Shown one piece after another: positions 29,190 through 37,926 of a DNA stretch of 64,000 bases; positions within the stretch are counted from its first letter, which is position 1; each line of letters opens with the position of its first letter. This stretch comes from an uncultured Alphaproteobacteria bacterium (lineage in GTDB: Bacteria; Pseudomonadota; Alphaproteobacteria; Methylaequorales; Methylaequoraceae). The stretch lies in NCBI GenBank assembly GCA_902595755.1, contig CACJRF010000003.1, forward strand, positions 56,580 to 120,579. Reading direction: 5' to 3'. The notes beneath the pieces were generated by a model. The model had not been told where the DNA came from. It worked only from the letters and a program-made list of their open reading frames with translations, and ran no database searches. The translations under genes and the position numbers were made by a program.

Positions 29190-29204
29190 GTTCTATTAAT
29201 GTTC
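29190..29204 (-). promoter_or_regulatory. Putative alphaproteobacterial SOS (LexA) box GTTC-N7-GTTC immediately upstream of recA
   Basis: The sequence GTTCtattaatGTTC begins 4 nt upstream of the recA start codon (read on the opposite strand). It matches the alphaproteobacterial LexA direct-repeat consensus GTTCN7GTTC. Confidence 0.4.
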
Positions 29205-29242
29205 TCATTCTATCATCACAATTTGAAATTACAACTAAGAAA

Positions 29243-29698
29243 TTAATATTCCTTTTCTTTATAAATTTTTTCTGATTTTTCGTGCATTTCTTGAGCTTCT
29301 ACTGAAAGTGTTGCTATCGGCCTAGCAACTAACCTTTTAATTGAAATTGGTTGCATAGTTTCTTCGCAGTAACCGTAAGAACCATCTTCTAGTTTTTTTA
29401 ATGCTTTATTTATTTTACTTAATAATTTTCTTTCTCTATCTCTAGTTCTAAGTTCAAGACTTCTTTCGGATTCAATAGTTGCTCTGTCGGTTGAGTCTGG
29501 CTTGTTAGAAGATTCTTCTTTTAAATGATCAATTGTGCTAGATGAACCTTGTATTATTTCATTTCTCCAGCTTGTGAGAACTTTTTTAAAATATTCTATT
29601 TGCTTAGAACACATGAACTCTTCTTTTTCTGAAGGAGTGTATGACTGTGATATTTGAGGTTTTTTCTGTTTCATTGATTTAATAATCGAATTATGCAT
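29243..29698 (-). CDS. dksA: RNA polymerase-binding transcription factor DksA, zinc-finger-less variant
   Basis: A coiled-coil with acidic tip region is followed by a C-terminal GYCEETMQPISIKRLVARPIATLSVEAQ. This aligns to the DksA C4 finger but retains only 1 of its 4 Cys. The ORF track start at 29728 is a TTG, so the first ATG at 29698 is used. Confidence 0.7.
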   Translation of the reverse strand: MHNSIIKSMKQKKPQISQSYTPSEKEEFMCSKQIEYFKKVLTSWRNEIIQGSSSTIDHLKEESSNKPDSTDRATIESERSLELRTRDRERKLLSKINKALKKLEDGSYGYCEETMQPISIKRLVARPIATLSVEAQEMHEKSEKIYKEKEY

Positions 29699-29719
29699 TA
29701 TATTTATATTCGAAAAAAA

Positions 29720-30238
29720 ATGAATCAAGTTAAATTTAAAAAAAAAAATAAAGCGTGTTTTTTAGATAGAGATGGAGTTCTTAATGAAGATATTGGTTAT
29801 CTTTATAAAAAAGAAGATTTCCAATGGATTGAAGGTGCTATAGAATGTATAAGTCTTTTGAAAAAAATGAAGTACAAAGTTATTGTTATTACAAACCAGT
29901 CTGGAATAAGTAGAGGTTTTTATAGTCATGAGGATGTCGAAAAACTCCATTTATGGATTAATAAGCAACTAAAAAAAACTATTAACACGAGTATTGATCA
30001 ATTTTACTATTCTGACGAAATGCCAAATACTAAAGTTAAATCTAGAAGAAAACCCTCACCAAATATGATTCTTGAAGCTTTTCAAGATCACAATTTGGAT
30101 CCTAAACAATGCTTTTTGATAGGAGATAAAAAAACTGATTTGCAAGCTGCAAAAAATGCTAAGATAAAGGGGTTTTTATTTGAAGGTGGGAATTTATTGG
30201 TTAATATAGAAAAAATTTTAAAAGTTCTTAACTTTTAG
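29720..30238 (+). CDS. gmhB: D-glycero-beta-D-manno-heptose-1,7-bisphosphate 7-phosphatase-like HAD phosphatase
   Basis: The HAD motif I ACFLDRDGVLN is followed by ITNQSG and GDKKTD. The start was chosen at the ATG at 29720 (MNQVKF...). Confidence 0.7.
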   Translation: MNQVKFKKKNKACFLDRDGVLNEDIGYLYKKEDFQWIEGAIECISLLKKMKYKVIVITNQSGISRGFYSHEDVEKLHLWINKQLKKTINTSIDQFYYSDEMPNTKVKSRRKPSPNMILEAFQDHNLDPKQCFLIGDKKTDLQAAKNAKIKGFLFEGGNLLVNIEKILKVLNF

Positions 30239-30263
30239 TTAAGTTAATCACTATATATAAAAT

Positions 30264-31931
30264 ATGCTTGATAAAACAAAAAAAAAAAACTTCTATCCCA
30301 AGGGAAGAAATATAGATGAAAACGCTATAATTGAGGTTAGAAATTTAATTAACAAACTTCCTATCAGAAGAGATCTGCTTATTGAATATCTTCATCTTAT
30401 CCAAGATAAACATAAACAAATAAGAAAGAAATATTTGGGTGCTTTATCGCATATTCTAAAGATTCCATTTGCTGAGGCTTATGAGGTTGCCTCTTTTTAC
30501 GCTCACTTTGATGTAATTGAAGATGATGCTCCCTCTTTGCAAGACATTACAATAAGAGTTTGTGATAGTATTACATGTGAAATGTTTGGGTCAGAAAGAT
30601 TAATAAGCGATCTTTCTAATGGCCTTGACAATTCAAAAGTGAGAGTTTTAAGAGCTCCATGTATGGGGTTGTGCGATAAAGCTCCAGCTTGTGAGGTAGG
30701 TCACCGGCATGTAACAAAGGCGTCATTAGATTCCGTGAAGACTGTTATTGAGTCAAAAGATCTTCATCCTCAGAAAGTACCGGGAAAATCAATAGAGGAA
30801 TATATCAGTGATGGTGGATACGAAATTCTTCAAAAATGTTACAAAGGCGAAATGGATGTTGATAAAGTTATTGAAGAAATTAACTTGTCAGGCCTTAAAG
30901 GAATGGGTGGGGCTGGGTTTCCGTCCGGTCAAAAATGGAAATTTGTTCGTTTGGAAAAGTCACCGAGACTTATGACTATTAATGGTGATGAAGGAGAACC
31001 AGGTACTTTTAAGGATAAATTATATTTAGAAAATAATATTCATCAATTTTTTGAGGGGATGCTAATTGCAGCATGGGCAGTTGATGCTAAGGATATATAC
31101 GTATATATGAGAGATGAATATCCTGAAATCAGAATTAGGATGTTTGAGGAGCTCGAAATAATTAAATCAAAAAAGTTAATTGATTCTGAGACAAATGTTC
31201 ACATAAGAAGAGGTGCAGGTGCATATATATGTGGTGAAGAGTCGGCTATGATTGAATCAATTGAGGGAAAAAGAGGGCTTCCAAGACACAAACCTCCATT
31301 TGTATCGAAAGTTGGACTTTTTGGTAGACCTACCTTGAACCACAATATTGAAACAGTATTTTGGGTTCCAAGAATTCTGTCTAAGGGTCATGAATGGTTC
31401 AATAAACAGGGTAAAGAGGGTCACAAAGGTCCGCATAGTTATTCAGTATCTGGAAGAGTTAAAGAACCTGGAGTTAAACTTGCGCCAGCCGGAATTTCTA
31501 TGAATGAGTTACTTAACGATTATTGTGGAGGCATGCTAGATGGTCATAAATTTCTAGGTTATTTACCTGGAGGAGCGTCTGGAGGAATCTTACCTGCTGA
31601 AATGGCAGATATACCACTTGATTTCGGAACCTTAGATAAATACGGATGTTTCATTGGGTCGGGTGCTGTTGTTGTATTTTCTGACAAAGATGATATAAAA
31701 AAAGTAGCTATTAATCTTTTGAAGTTTTTCAATGATGAAAGCTGTGGACAATGCACTCCATGTAGGGTTGGAACTGAAAAAGCTGTAAAGCTTATGGAAA
31801 AAAACGTGTGGAATAAAGATCTAATGGATGATTTGGTTAAAACTATGAGCGACGCATCAATTTGTGGTCTTGGACAAGCAGCTGGAAACCCTATCTCTTG
31901 TGTTCTTAAGTATTTTAAGGATAAACTATAA
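30264..31931 (+). CDS. fdsB: NAD-dependent formate dehydrogenase beta subunit with fused N-terminal NuoE-like (FdsG-like) domain
   Basis: The N-terminal ~120 aa thioredoxin-like 2Fe-2S segment carries the cysteine-containing stretch VCDSITCEMFG ... RAPCMGLCDKAPACEV. A NuoF-like NAD/FMN/4Fe-4S module follows (GLKGMGGAGFPSGQKW, ESCGQCTPCR). Confidence 0.85.
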   Translation: MLDKTKKKNFYPKGRNIDENAIIEVRNLINKLPIRRDLLIEYLHLIQDKHKQIRKKYLGALSHILKIPFAEAYEVASFYAHFDVIEDDAPSLQDITIRVCDSITCEMFGSERLISDLSNGLDNSKVRVLRAPCMGLCDKAPACEVGHRHVTKASLDSVKTVIESKDLHPQKVPGKSIEEYISDGGYEILQKCYKGEMDVDKVIEEINLSGLKGMGGAGFPSGQKWKFVRLEKSPRLMTINGDEGEPGTFKDKLYLENNIHQFFEGMLIAAWAVDAKDIYVYMRDEYPEIRIRMFEELEIIKSKKLIDSETNVHIRRGAGAYICGEESAMIESIEGKRGLPRHKPPFVSKVGLFGRPTLNHNIETVFWVPRILSKGHEWFNKQGKEGHKGPHSYSVSGRVKEPGVKLAPAGISMNELLNDYCGGMLDGHKFLGYLPGGASGGILPAEMADIPLDFGTLDKYGCFIGSGAVVVFSDKDDIKKVAINLLKFFNDESCGQCTPCRVGTEKAVKLMEKNVWNKDLMDDLVKTMSDASICGLGQAAGNPISCVLKYFKDKL

Positions 31932-31932
31932 T

Positions 31933-34689
31933 ATGGTTGATTTTTTCATTAATGACAAAAAGGTTAAAGCAAACGCTGACGACACAATCTGGACGGTGGC
32001 AAAAAAACAAGGTATAACCCTTCCCCACCTATGTTTTGCAGATAAACCTGGCTACAGGGCTGATGGAAACTGCAGAGCATGTATGGTTTCAATTGAAGGA
32101 GAAAGAGTCCTTGCAGCATCATGTATAAGAAAACCTTCCGAAGGAATGAAGGTTTACACTGATGACGAAAAATCTTCAAAATCCAGACAAATGGTTTTAG
32201 AACTCTTGGTTACTGACCAGCCTGAAAAAAGTGATTGTCACGACCCAGATTCTCACTTTTGGAAAATGGCTGAAAAAGTAGATGTATCAGATAGTAGGTT
32301 TGATAAACGCCAAACAAATGAAGTTCCTCTAGCAGATAACTCGCATGTAGCTATGGCAGTGAATCTTGATGCCTGTATTCATTGTAACCTATGTGTTAGA
32401 GCTTGCAGAGAAGTTCAATCAAATGATGTTATTGGAATGAGCAATAGAGGGCACTCATCACAGGTAATTTTTGATTTTAACGATCCAATGGGTGACTCAA
32501 CTTGTGTCAGTTGTGGTGAATGTGTTCAAGCTTGTCCAACTGGAGCACTTATGGAATCAAGTCTACTTGATGAATATGGAAAAAAAGTAGTTAAACCAGA
32601 AAGAAAAGTAGATTCATTATGTCCATATTGTGGAGTTGGCTGTCAATTAACTTACAATATTAAAGATGAAAAGATCGTATCAGTTGACGGACGTGAAGGA
32701 CCAGCAAATCTCAATAGACTTTGTGTTAAAGGACGTTTTGGATTTGATTATGTACATAACCCACAAAGGCTAACAAAACCTCTTATCAGAAAAGACGAAG
32801 TACCCAAAAATCCAAAAGAAAGAGTTAACCCTGATGACCCATTAACTCATTTCAGAGAGGCTACATGGGAAGAGGCATTAGACCTAGCAGCAAAAAAACT
32901 TGCTAAAATTAGAGATGAAGACGGAAGTAAATCCCTAGCTGGTTTTGGTTGTGCAAAAGGATCAAATGAAGAAGCGTATTTATTTCAGAAGTTAGTTAGG
33001 ACTGGTTTCAAAAATAATAACGTAGATCATTGTACGAGAATGTGTCATGCATCATCAGTTGCCGCGTTGATGGAAACTATTGGTTCCGGTGCAGTAACAG
33101 CACCTGTATCAGAGGTTAAAAATGCTGATGTAGCAATTATAATTGGAGCAAGACCGACACAAAACCACCCTGTTGCCGCAACTTTTATAAAAAATGCGAT
33201 TAAAAATAACAATTTGAAACTTATCATTATGGATCCAAGAGGACAAGACTTATCAAGACTAGCAGAAAAAAGTTTGCAATTCAAACCAGGAACAGATGTA
33301 GCTCTTTTGAATGGTATGATAAACACAATTATAGAGGAGGGTCTGGTAGATAGACAATATATTGAAAAGAATACAGACGGATATTTGGAGCTTGTTAAAC
33401 ACATTAAAGATTTCACTCCTGAGGAAATGAGTAAGATTTGTGAAATCTCTCCCAATGAAATTAGGGAGACTGCAAGACTTTTTGCAAATGCTAAATCAGC
33501 AATGATTTTCTGGGGTATGGGAATCTCCCAACATATACACGGTACAGATAATTCAAGGTGTTTAATTTCATTAGCACTGATAACTGGTAATGTTGGAAGA
33601 TCTGGAACCGGCCTTCATCCCTTAAGAGGTCAAAATAATGTTCAAGGTGCCTCAGATGTTGGTTTAATACCAATGGTTCTGCCAGATTATCTTCCTATTT
33701 CAAACCAAGAGAATGTGAAGTTTTTCAATGATTATTGGAAAACTGAAATTGATCCTACTCCAGGTTTGACAGTTGTTGAAATTATGGAGTCAATTTACAA
33801 TAGACAAATTAAAGGGCTTTATATAATGGGAGAAAATCCAGCAATGTCAGATCCAAACGCAAATCACGCAAGAGAGGCTCTTGCTAGGCTAGATACCTTA
33901 GTTGTTCAAGATATATTCCTAACGGAGACGGCTTATTTAGCAGATATAGTACTTCCAGCTTCTGCTTTTCCTGAGAAAACCGGTACTTTTACTAATACTG
34001 ACAGAAGAGTACAACTAGCAAGAAAGGCAATCAACCCTCCTGGTGAGGCAAAACAAGATTTATGGATAATTCAAGAGCTTGCAAAAAGACTTGGGTTAGA
34101 TTGGAATTATAAAGGACCAGATGAAGTTTATGAAGAATTAAGAAATTGTATGGAATCTATGAAAAATATCTCCTGGGAAAGACTTGTAAATGAAGGTGCA
34201 GTTACATATCCATGCGATGGAGATGATAAACCTGGTAATGAAGTTATATTTGGTGAGGGTTTTCCAACAAGTAATAAAAAAGGTAAATTAGTACCAGCTA
34301 AAATAGTATCACCAGATGAAACTCCAGATCATAACTATCCGTTAGTATTGACAACAGGAAGATTGTTAGAACATTGGCACACAGGGTCAATGACAGCACG
34401 TTCTAATGTATTAAATACAATTGAACCTCAACCCTATGTCCATATATCCAAAAATGAAATGAAAAAGTATGATTTTGATCAAAATGAAACAGTGGAACTT
34501 TCAACTAGAAGAGGAAAAGTTAAAGTTAAGGTTAGATTTGATAAAATGATACCTGACGGAATGGTGTTCCTACCCTTTTGCTTCGAAAACGCACCAGCCA
34601 ATCTACTAACCAATCAGGCATTGGACCCCGATGGTAAAATTCCAGAGTTGAAATACTGTGCTGCAAAGATAGAAAAGCTTACTGCTTAA
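31933..34689 (+). CDS. fdsA: NAD-dependent formate dehydrogenase alpha subunit (molybdopterin; Cys active site, no Sec)
   Basis: The N-terminal 2Fe-2S/4Fe-4S ferredoxin-like domains (CRACMV, CIHCNLCVRACRE, CVSCGECVQACPTG), the MopB CPYCGVGC cluster and the active-site CHASS are present. There is no in-frame TGA. The start is 1 nt after the fdsB stop. Confidence 0.9.
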   Translation: MVDFFINDKKVKANADDTIWTVAKKQGITLPHLCFADKPGYRADGNCRACMVSIEGERVLAASCIRKPSEGMKVYTDDEKSSKSRQMVLELLVTDQPEKSDCHDPDSHFWKMAEKVDVSDSRFDKRQTNEVPLADNSHVAMAVNLDACIHCNLCVRACREVQSNDVIGMSNRGHSSQVIFDFNDPMGDSTCVSCGECVQACPTGALMESSLLDEYGKKVVKPERKVDSLCPYCGVGCQLTYNIKDEKIVSVDGREGPANLNRLCVKGRFGFDYVHNPQRLTKPLIRKDEVPKNPKERVNPDDPLTHFREATWEEALDLAAKKLAKIRDEDGSKSLAGFGCAKGSNEEAYLFQKLVRTGFKNNNVDHCTRMCHASSVAALMETIGSGAVTAPVSEVKNADVAIIIGARPTQNHPVAATFIKNAIKNNNLKLIIMDPRGQDLSRLAEKSLQFKPGTDVALLNGMINTIIEEGLVDRQYIEKNTDGYLELVKHIKDFTPEEMSKICEISPNEIRETARLFANAKSAMIFWGMGISQHIHGTDNSRCLISLALITGNVGRSGTGLHPLRGQNNVQGASDVGLIPMVLPDYLPISNQENVKFFNDYWKTEIDPTPGLTVVEIMESIYNRQIKGLYIMGENPAMSDPNANHAREALARLDTLVVQDIFLTETAYLADIVLPASAFPEKTGTFTNTDRRVQLARKAINPPGEAKQDLWIIQELAKRLGLDWNYKGPDEVYEELRNCMESMKNISWERLVNEGAVTYPCDGDDKPGNEVIFGEGFPTSNKKGKLVPAKIVSPDETPDHNYPLVLTTGRLLEHWHTGSMTARSNVLNTIEPQPYVHISKNEMKKYDFDQNETVELSTRRGKVKVKVRFDKMIPDGMVFLPFCFENAPANLLTNQALDPDGKIPELKYCAAKIEKLTA

Positions 34690-34699
34690 TTAAATCTTT

Positions 34700-36454
34700 T
34701 TAATTTTTCATATGATGTTTTTTGTCAACAGGACCTATAAGCCAGTTTGAAATCCACGCAACTGCTAATAGTCCGGCCATAGCAAACATTGTAGTATTAT
34801 AAAGAGTAGCTGATGGGTTAACAGTACCTTCGGGCATATGTTGCATTAAATTTGAAATTGTAACTGTCTTCTGCTTGACTAAATTTGCTAAATTATCAAC
34901 TGAATCGCCATAGATTTCCATAAATTTTTCTGGACTAATTTTATTAGCCAAGTCAAAAATAGCACTTTCAAGAGAGTTCTGGCGTAACTGAGTGATAGCA
35001 ACTGGCCCAAGAACACCCGCAGTTGCCCATGCCGTAAGTAATCTTCCATGTATTCCACCAACATATCTTGTCCCAAAAATATCTGCTAAATAAGCAGGAA
35101 TAGTAGCAAAACCTCCACCATACATTGTAAATATTATCATTGAAGCACCATAAAACATTAAAAGATAAGTGACAGTAGGGTCAATACTAACAGCTTTAGC
35201 ACTAAAAGGAATTGAAAGGTAAAGTATTATACCTAAAGTGAAGAAAATAAAATATGTTGTTTTTCTTCCAATGTAGTCAGACATTGAAGCCCAAAAAATC
35301 CTTCCAATCATGTTAAAAACGCTAATCATTAAAACGTAAGTACCTGCAAAACTTGCTGTAACAATACTTGGAAGACTAGGAGTAAAGATTTCTATCATCA
35401 TCGTTTTTGCAACACCAATTACTCCAATTCCTGCTGTAACATTAAAACATAGTACGATCCAAAGAAAATAGAATTGAGGTGTTTTTAAAGCTTGATCAAT
35501 GTGCACATGATTTTGTGTTATCATTGACTTTGTTGCATCTTTTGGTGGAGTCCAACCTTCAGGTTTCCAATTTTCTGCAGGTACTCTATAGGAAAATGCA
35601 GCAATCGTCATTACGATAAAATATACAATTCCAAGGAATAAAAAAGTTTCTGAGGCACCACTTGATCCAGTTCCAACTATATAAACTCCAGGGTCACTTG
35701 GTACAATCATCTTAGCAATATCATTAGCAGTTACAACAACAACCTCAGTCAAAGTTCCAGAAATTTCAACAAATCTTCTGCCAGCTTCTGTAATTAATTC
35801 TAAAGAATTAGCTTCACCTAGATATTCAGGTGCCTTGTAAAATTTTTCCAATAACTTATCGATAGAAAGCTTTGCTATCATTGCTCCACCTCCAAATCCC
35901 ATTATGGCCATTCCAGTTGCCATTCCTCTTCTATCGGGAAACCATCTGATAAGTGTGGAGACAGGCGATACATAACCTAAGCCTAAACCAATACCCCCAA
36001 TGACACCATACCCAAGATATAGTAAATATAATCCCAATTGAAGAACTATTGGTTCGCTACTAAACATCGGTAAAGATAGAGATATCTGCACGCCTAATTC
36101 TTGTAAATATATTCCTAGTGCTCCAATTAAGAATCCTCCGCCCCAACAACATGCTGAGACAAAACCTACCATTCTTGGTCCCACTTCCTCTAACCACTTT
36201 CCTGCGTAGGCAGCCGCAAGGCCTAAACAAACAATTGCAACTGAAAAAATCCAAACAACTTGACCAAGTGACCAATCATCACCAGAAGAAGTAACAACAC
36301 CTAAAATTTTAACAAGAGCAGGATTAAACATACTCCAAGCGTAAACAGATCCAATACACAGATGTATAGCTATCGATGCCGGTGGAACTAACCATCTGTT
36401 AAAACCTGGTTTTGCAATAATATTTTTTTTATGCAACGTGTCGTAAAAGCTCAT
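34700..36454 (-). CDS. MFS transporter, oxalate/formate antiporter (OFA) family, unusually long (584 aa)
   Basis: 12-TM MFS halves show OFA-type similarity. A ~90 aa central soluble insertion and a ~100 aa extra C-terminal region are present. Context (fdsBA, fdhD, mobA) suggests formate transport. Confidence 0.7.
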   Translation of the reverse strand: MSFYDTLHKKNIIAKPGFNRWLVPPASIAIHLCIGSVYAWSMFNPALVKILGVVTSSGDDWSLGQVVWIFSVAIVCLGLAAAYAGKWLEEVGPRMVGFVSACCWGGGFLIGALGIYLQELGVQISLSLPMFSSEPIVLQLGLYLLYLGYGVIGGIGLGLGYVSPVSTLIRWFPDRRGMATGMAIMGFGGGAMIAKLSIDKLLEKFYKAPEYLGEANSLELITEAGRRFVEISGTLTEVVVVTANDIAKMIVPSDPGVYIVGTGSSGASETFLFLGIVYFIVMTIAAFSYRVPAENWKPEGWTPPKDATKSMITQNHVHIDQALKTPQFYFLWIVLCFNVTAGIGVIGVAKTMMIEIFTPSLPSIVTASFAGTYVLMISVFNMIGRIFWASMSDYIGRKTTYFIFFTLGIILYLSIPFSAKAVSIDPTVTYLLMFYGASMIIFTMYGGGFATIPAYLADIFGTRYVGGIHGRLLTAWATAGVLGPVAITQLRQNSLESAIFDLANKISPEKFMEIYGDSVDNLANLVKQKTVTISNLMQHMPEGTVNPSATLYNTTMFAMAGLLAVAWISNWLIGPVDKKHHMKN

Positions 36455-37056
36455 TCATCTCTCTCTAATACCCTAGATTCAGCTATACTCAAATCTTCTT
36501 CTGTGTTTATGTTAAAGAACGGATCATATCCAAAATTTTTAAACTTTACTACCTTAGTTTTTTTTTTTCTCGTAAATTCATCTATTTTTCTTGTACCATT
36601 TTTTATACAAATCTCTAATTCTTCCTCAAGTTTAAGATCCCATAACGAAAATACTGGATGATTTCTATTTCCACTATTAGCAGAAATTATTTCATATTTA
36701 TCTTTATGAACTAAAAATTTTGAAACCAAATTATTTGGAAAAAAAGGAGAATCGATTGGAAAACTCATTAAATGTGTAAAATTATTATTTTTGTTTTTTA
36801 ACCATTTCATTCCCGTTAGAATCCCTGCCAAAGGTCCTAAGTAACCTCTTATACAATCTTTAACTACATCAATTTTCTTGCCCTTAAAATTATAATTCTC
36901 ATGATTGTTAGAATTAATAAAAATATAATCAAGTTGTTTCATTGATTTTTCTATAACTATCTCAAGTAAAGGTCTATTATTAATTTTCTTAAAAGATTTG
37001 TCAGATTTCATCCTTCTTGATTTACCTCCAGATAATATAATTCCACCTATTTTCAT
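36451..37056 (-). CDS. mobA: Molybdenum cofactor guanylyltransferase
   Basis: The motif GIILSGGKSRRM and a ~200 aa length fit. The start was placed at an internal ATG (MKIGG...) to abut the fdhD stop. Confidence 0.8.
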   Translation of the reverse strand: MKIGGIILSGGKSRRMKSDKSFKKINNRPLLEIVIEKSMKQLDYIFINSNNHENYNFKGKKIDVVKDCIRGYLGPLAGILTGMKWLKNKNNNFTHLMSFPIDSPFFPNNLVSKFLVHKDKYEIISANSGNRNHPVFSLWDLKLEEELEICIKNGTRKIDEFTRKKKTKVVKFKNFGYDPFFNINTEEDLSIAESRVLERDE

Positions 37057-37057
37057 T

Positions 37058-37852
37058 TTATCTGATTCTTTTTTCACCACTTAATACCGTAAACCTTTTT
37101 CCTTTTGCCCTTCCAATTAGAGTAAGGTTAGCTCTTCGTGCTAATTCAACACCAGATGCAGTAAATCCAGATCTTGATATTACAATAGGAATTCTCATGT
37201 TAACTGATTTGATAATCATTTCACTTGTTAATCTTCCGGTTGTGTAAAAAATTTTATCATTTGGTTTAATTTTATTTAAGAACATATATCCAGCAATTTT
37301 ATCAATTGCATTATGACGACCCACATCCTCCATATAGAGTAATGGTGTATTTTTATGGCATAAAACACACCCATGTATAGCCCCAGCTTTCAAATAAAGA
37401 CTTGGTGTATTATTAATTTTTTTTGAAAGATCATAAATCCAATCTTTCTTAATAAATGTTCTTTTACTTAGCTTAATCTTATCGAAATTCTCCATTACAT
37501 CACCAAATAGAGTTCCTTGTGCACACCCAGAAGTAATTGTTTTTTTTCTAAGTTTAATTTCAAAATTTGTCTTTTTCTTAGTTCTAATAACTATTACCCT
37601 CAAGTCAGCCTCATAATCTATGGCCTCTATTTTAGTCTTATTGGAGATCATATTTTGATTTAATAAATAACCTATAGATAAAAATTTAGGGAAGTCATTA
37701 ATTGTCATCATTGTTACAATTTCTTGGTTATTTAAATATAAAGTAAGAGGTTTCTCTTCAATAACATTAATTAATGTTTTTTTTAGATTTTCATCATATC
37801 CAAAAATCCTTTTTGTAAGATTTGTGTCATTAATTTTTGGTTTTATTATCAT
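37058..37852 (-). CDS. fdhD: Formate dehydrogenase accessory sulfurtransferase FdhD
   Basis: The 264 aa protein has the conserved catalytic Cys region TSGCAQGT and the FdhD C-terminal GRLTSEMIIKSV block. Confidence 0.85.
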   Translation of the reverse strand: MIIKPKINDTNLTKRIFGYDENLKKTLINVIEEKPLTLYLNNQEIVTMMTINDFPKFLSIGYLLNQNMISNKTKIEAIDYEADLRVIVIRTKKKTNFEIKLRKKTITSGCAQGTLFGDVMENFDKIKLSKRTFIKKDWIYDLSKKINNTPSLYLKAGAIHGCVLCHKNTPLLYMEDVGRHNAIDKIAGYMFLNKIKPNDKIFYTTGRLTSEMIIKSVNMRIPIVISRSGFTASGVELARRANLTLIGRAKGKRFTVLSGEKRIR

Positions 37853-37926
37853 TTTTTTGTATTTTAACTTATTATGGAATAAATATATTAATTAATCAGT
37901 AATATTAATAGTGATTTTATAAAGTT

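Noticed and set aside
29726-29728. ORF-track start coordinates that begin at non-ATG codons. Examples are dksA at 29728, queC at 45120, queE at 44406 and dsbA at 48346 (which would overlap the tRNA).
   Set aside because: Reading the sequence shows these are TTG codons treated as Met, or they would overlap the tRNA gene. Starts were moved to the first plausible ATG, except for queE. For queE the TTG directly after the queC stop looks like a genuine coupled start.
30278-30289. An A12 tract at codons 5-9 of fdsB, and other A10-A11 runs in queA, purL, purQ and gmhB, as programmed frameshift or phase-variation sites.
   Set aside because: The genome is extremely AT- and AAA-codon-rich. Such runs are pervasive in conserved housekeeping genes, where phase variation is implausible. 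Only the longest runs in the accessory locus are kept as a low-interest finding.
31933-34689. Selenocysteine (in-frame TGA plus SECIS) in the formate dehydrogenase alpha subunit.
   Set aside because: The active-site residue is encoded as Cys (CHASS context). The reading frame has no internal TGA.
37853-37926. A Moco riboswitch upstream of moaA. Also preQ1 or purine riboswitches upstream of the que and pur operons.
   Set aside because: The intergenic spaces are only 30-75 nt, too short for these aptamers. No conserved aptamer cores were recognised by eye.
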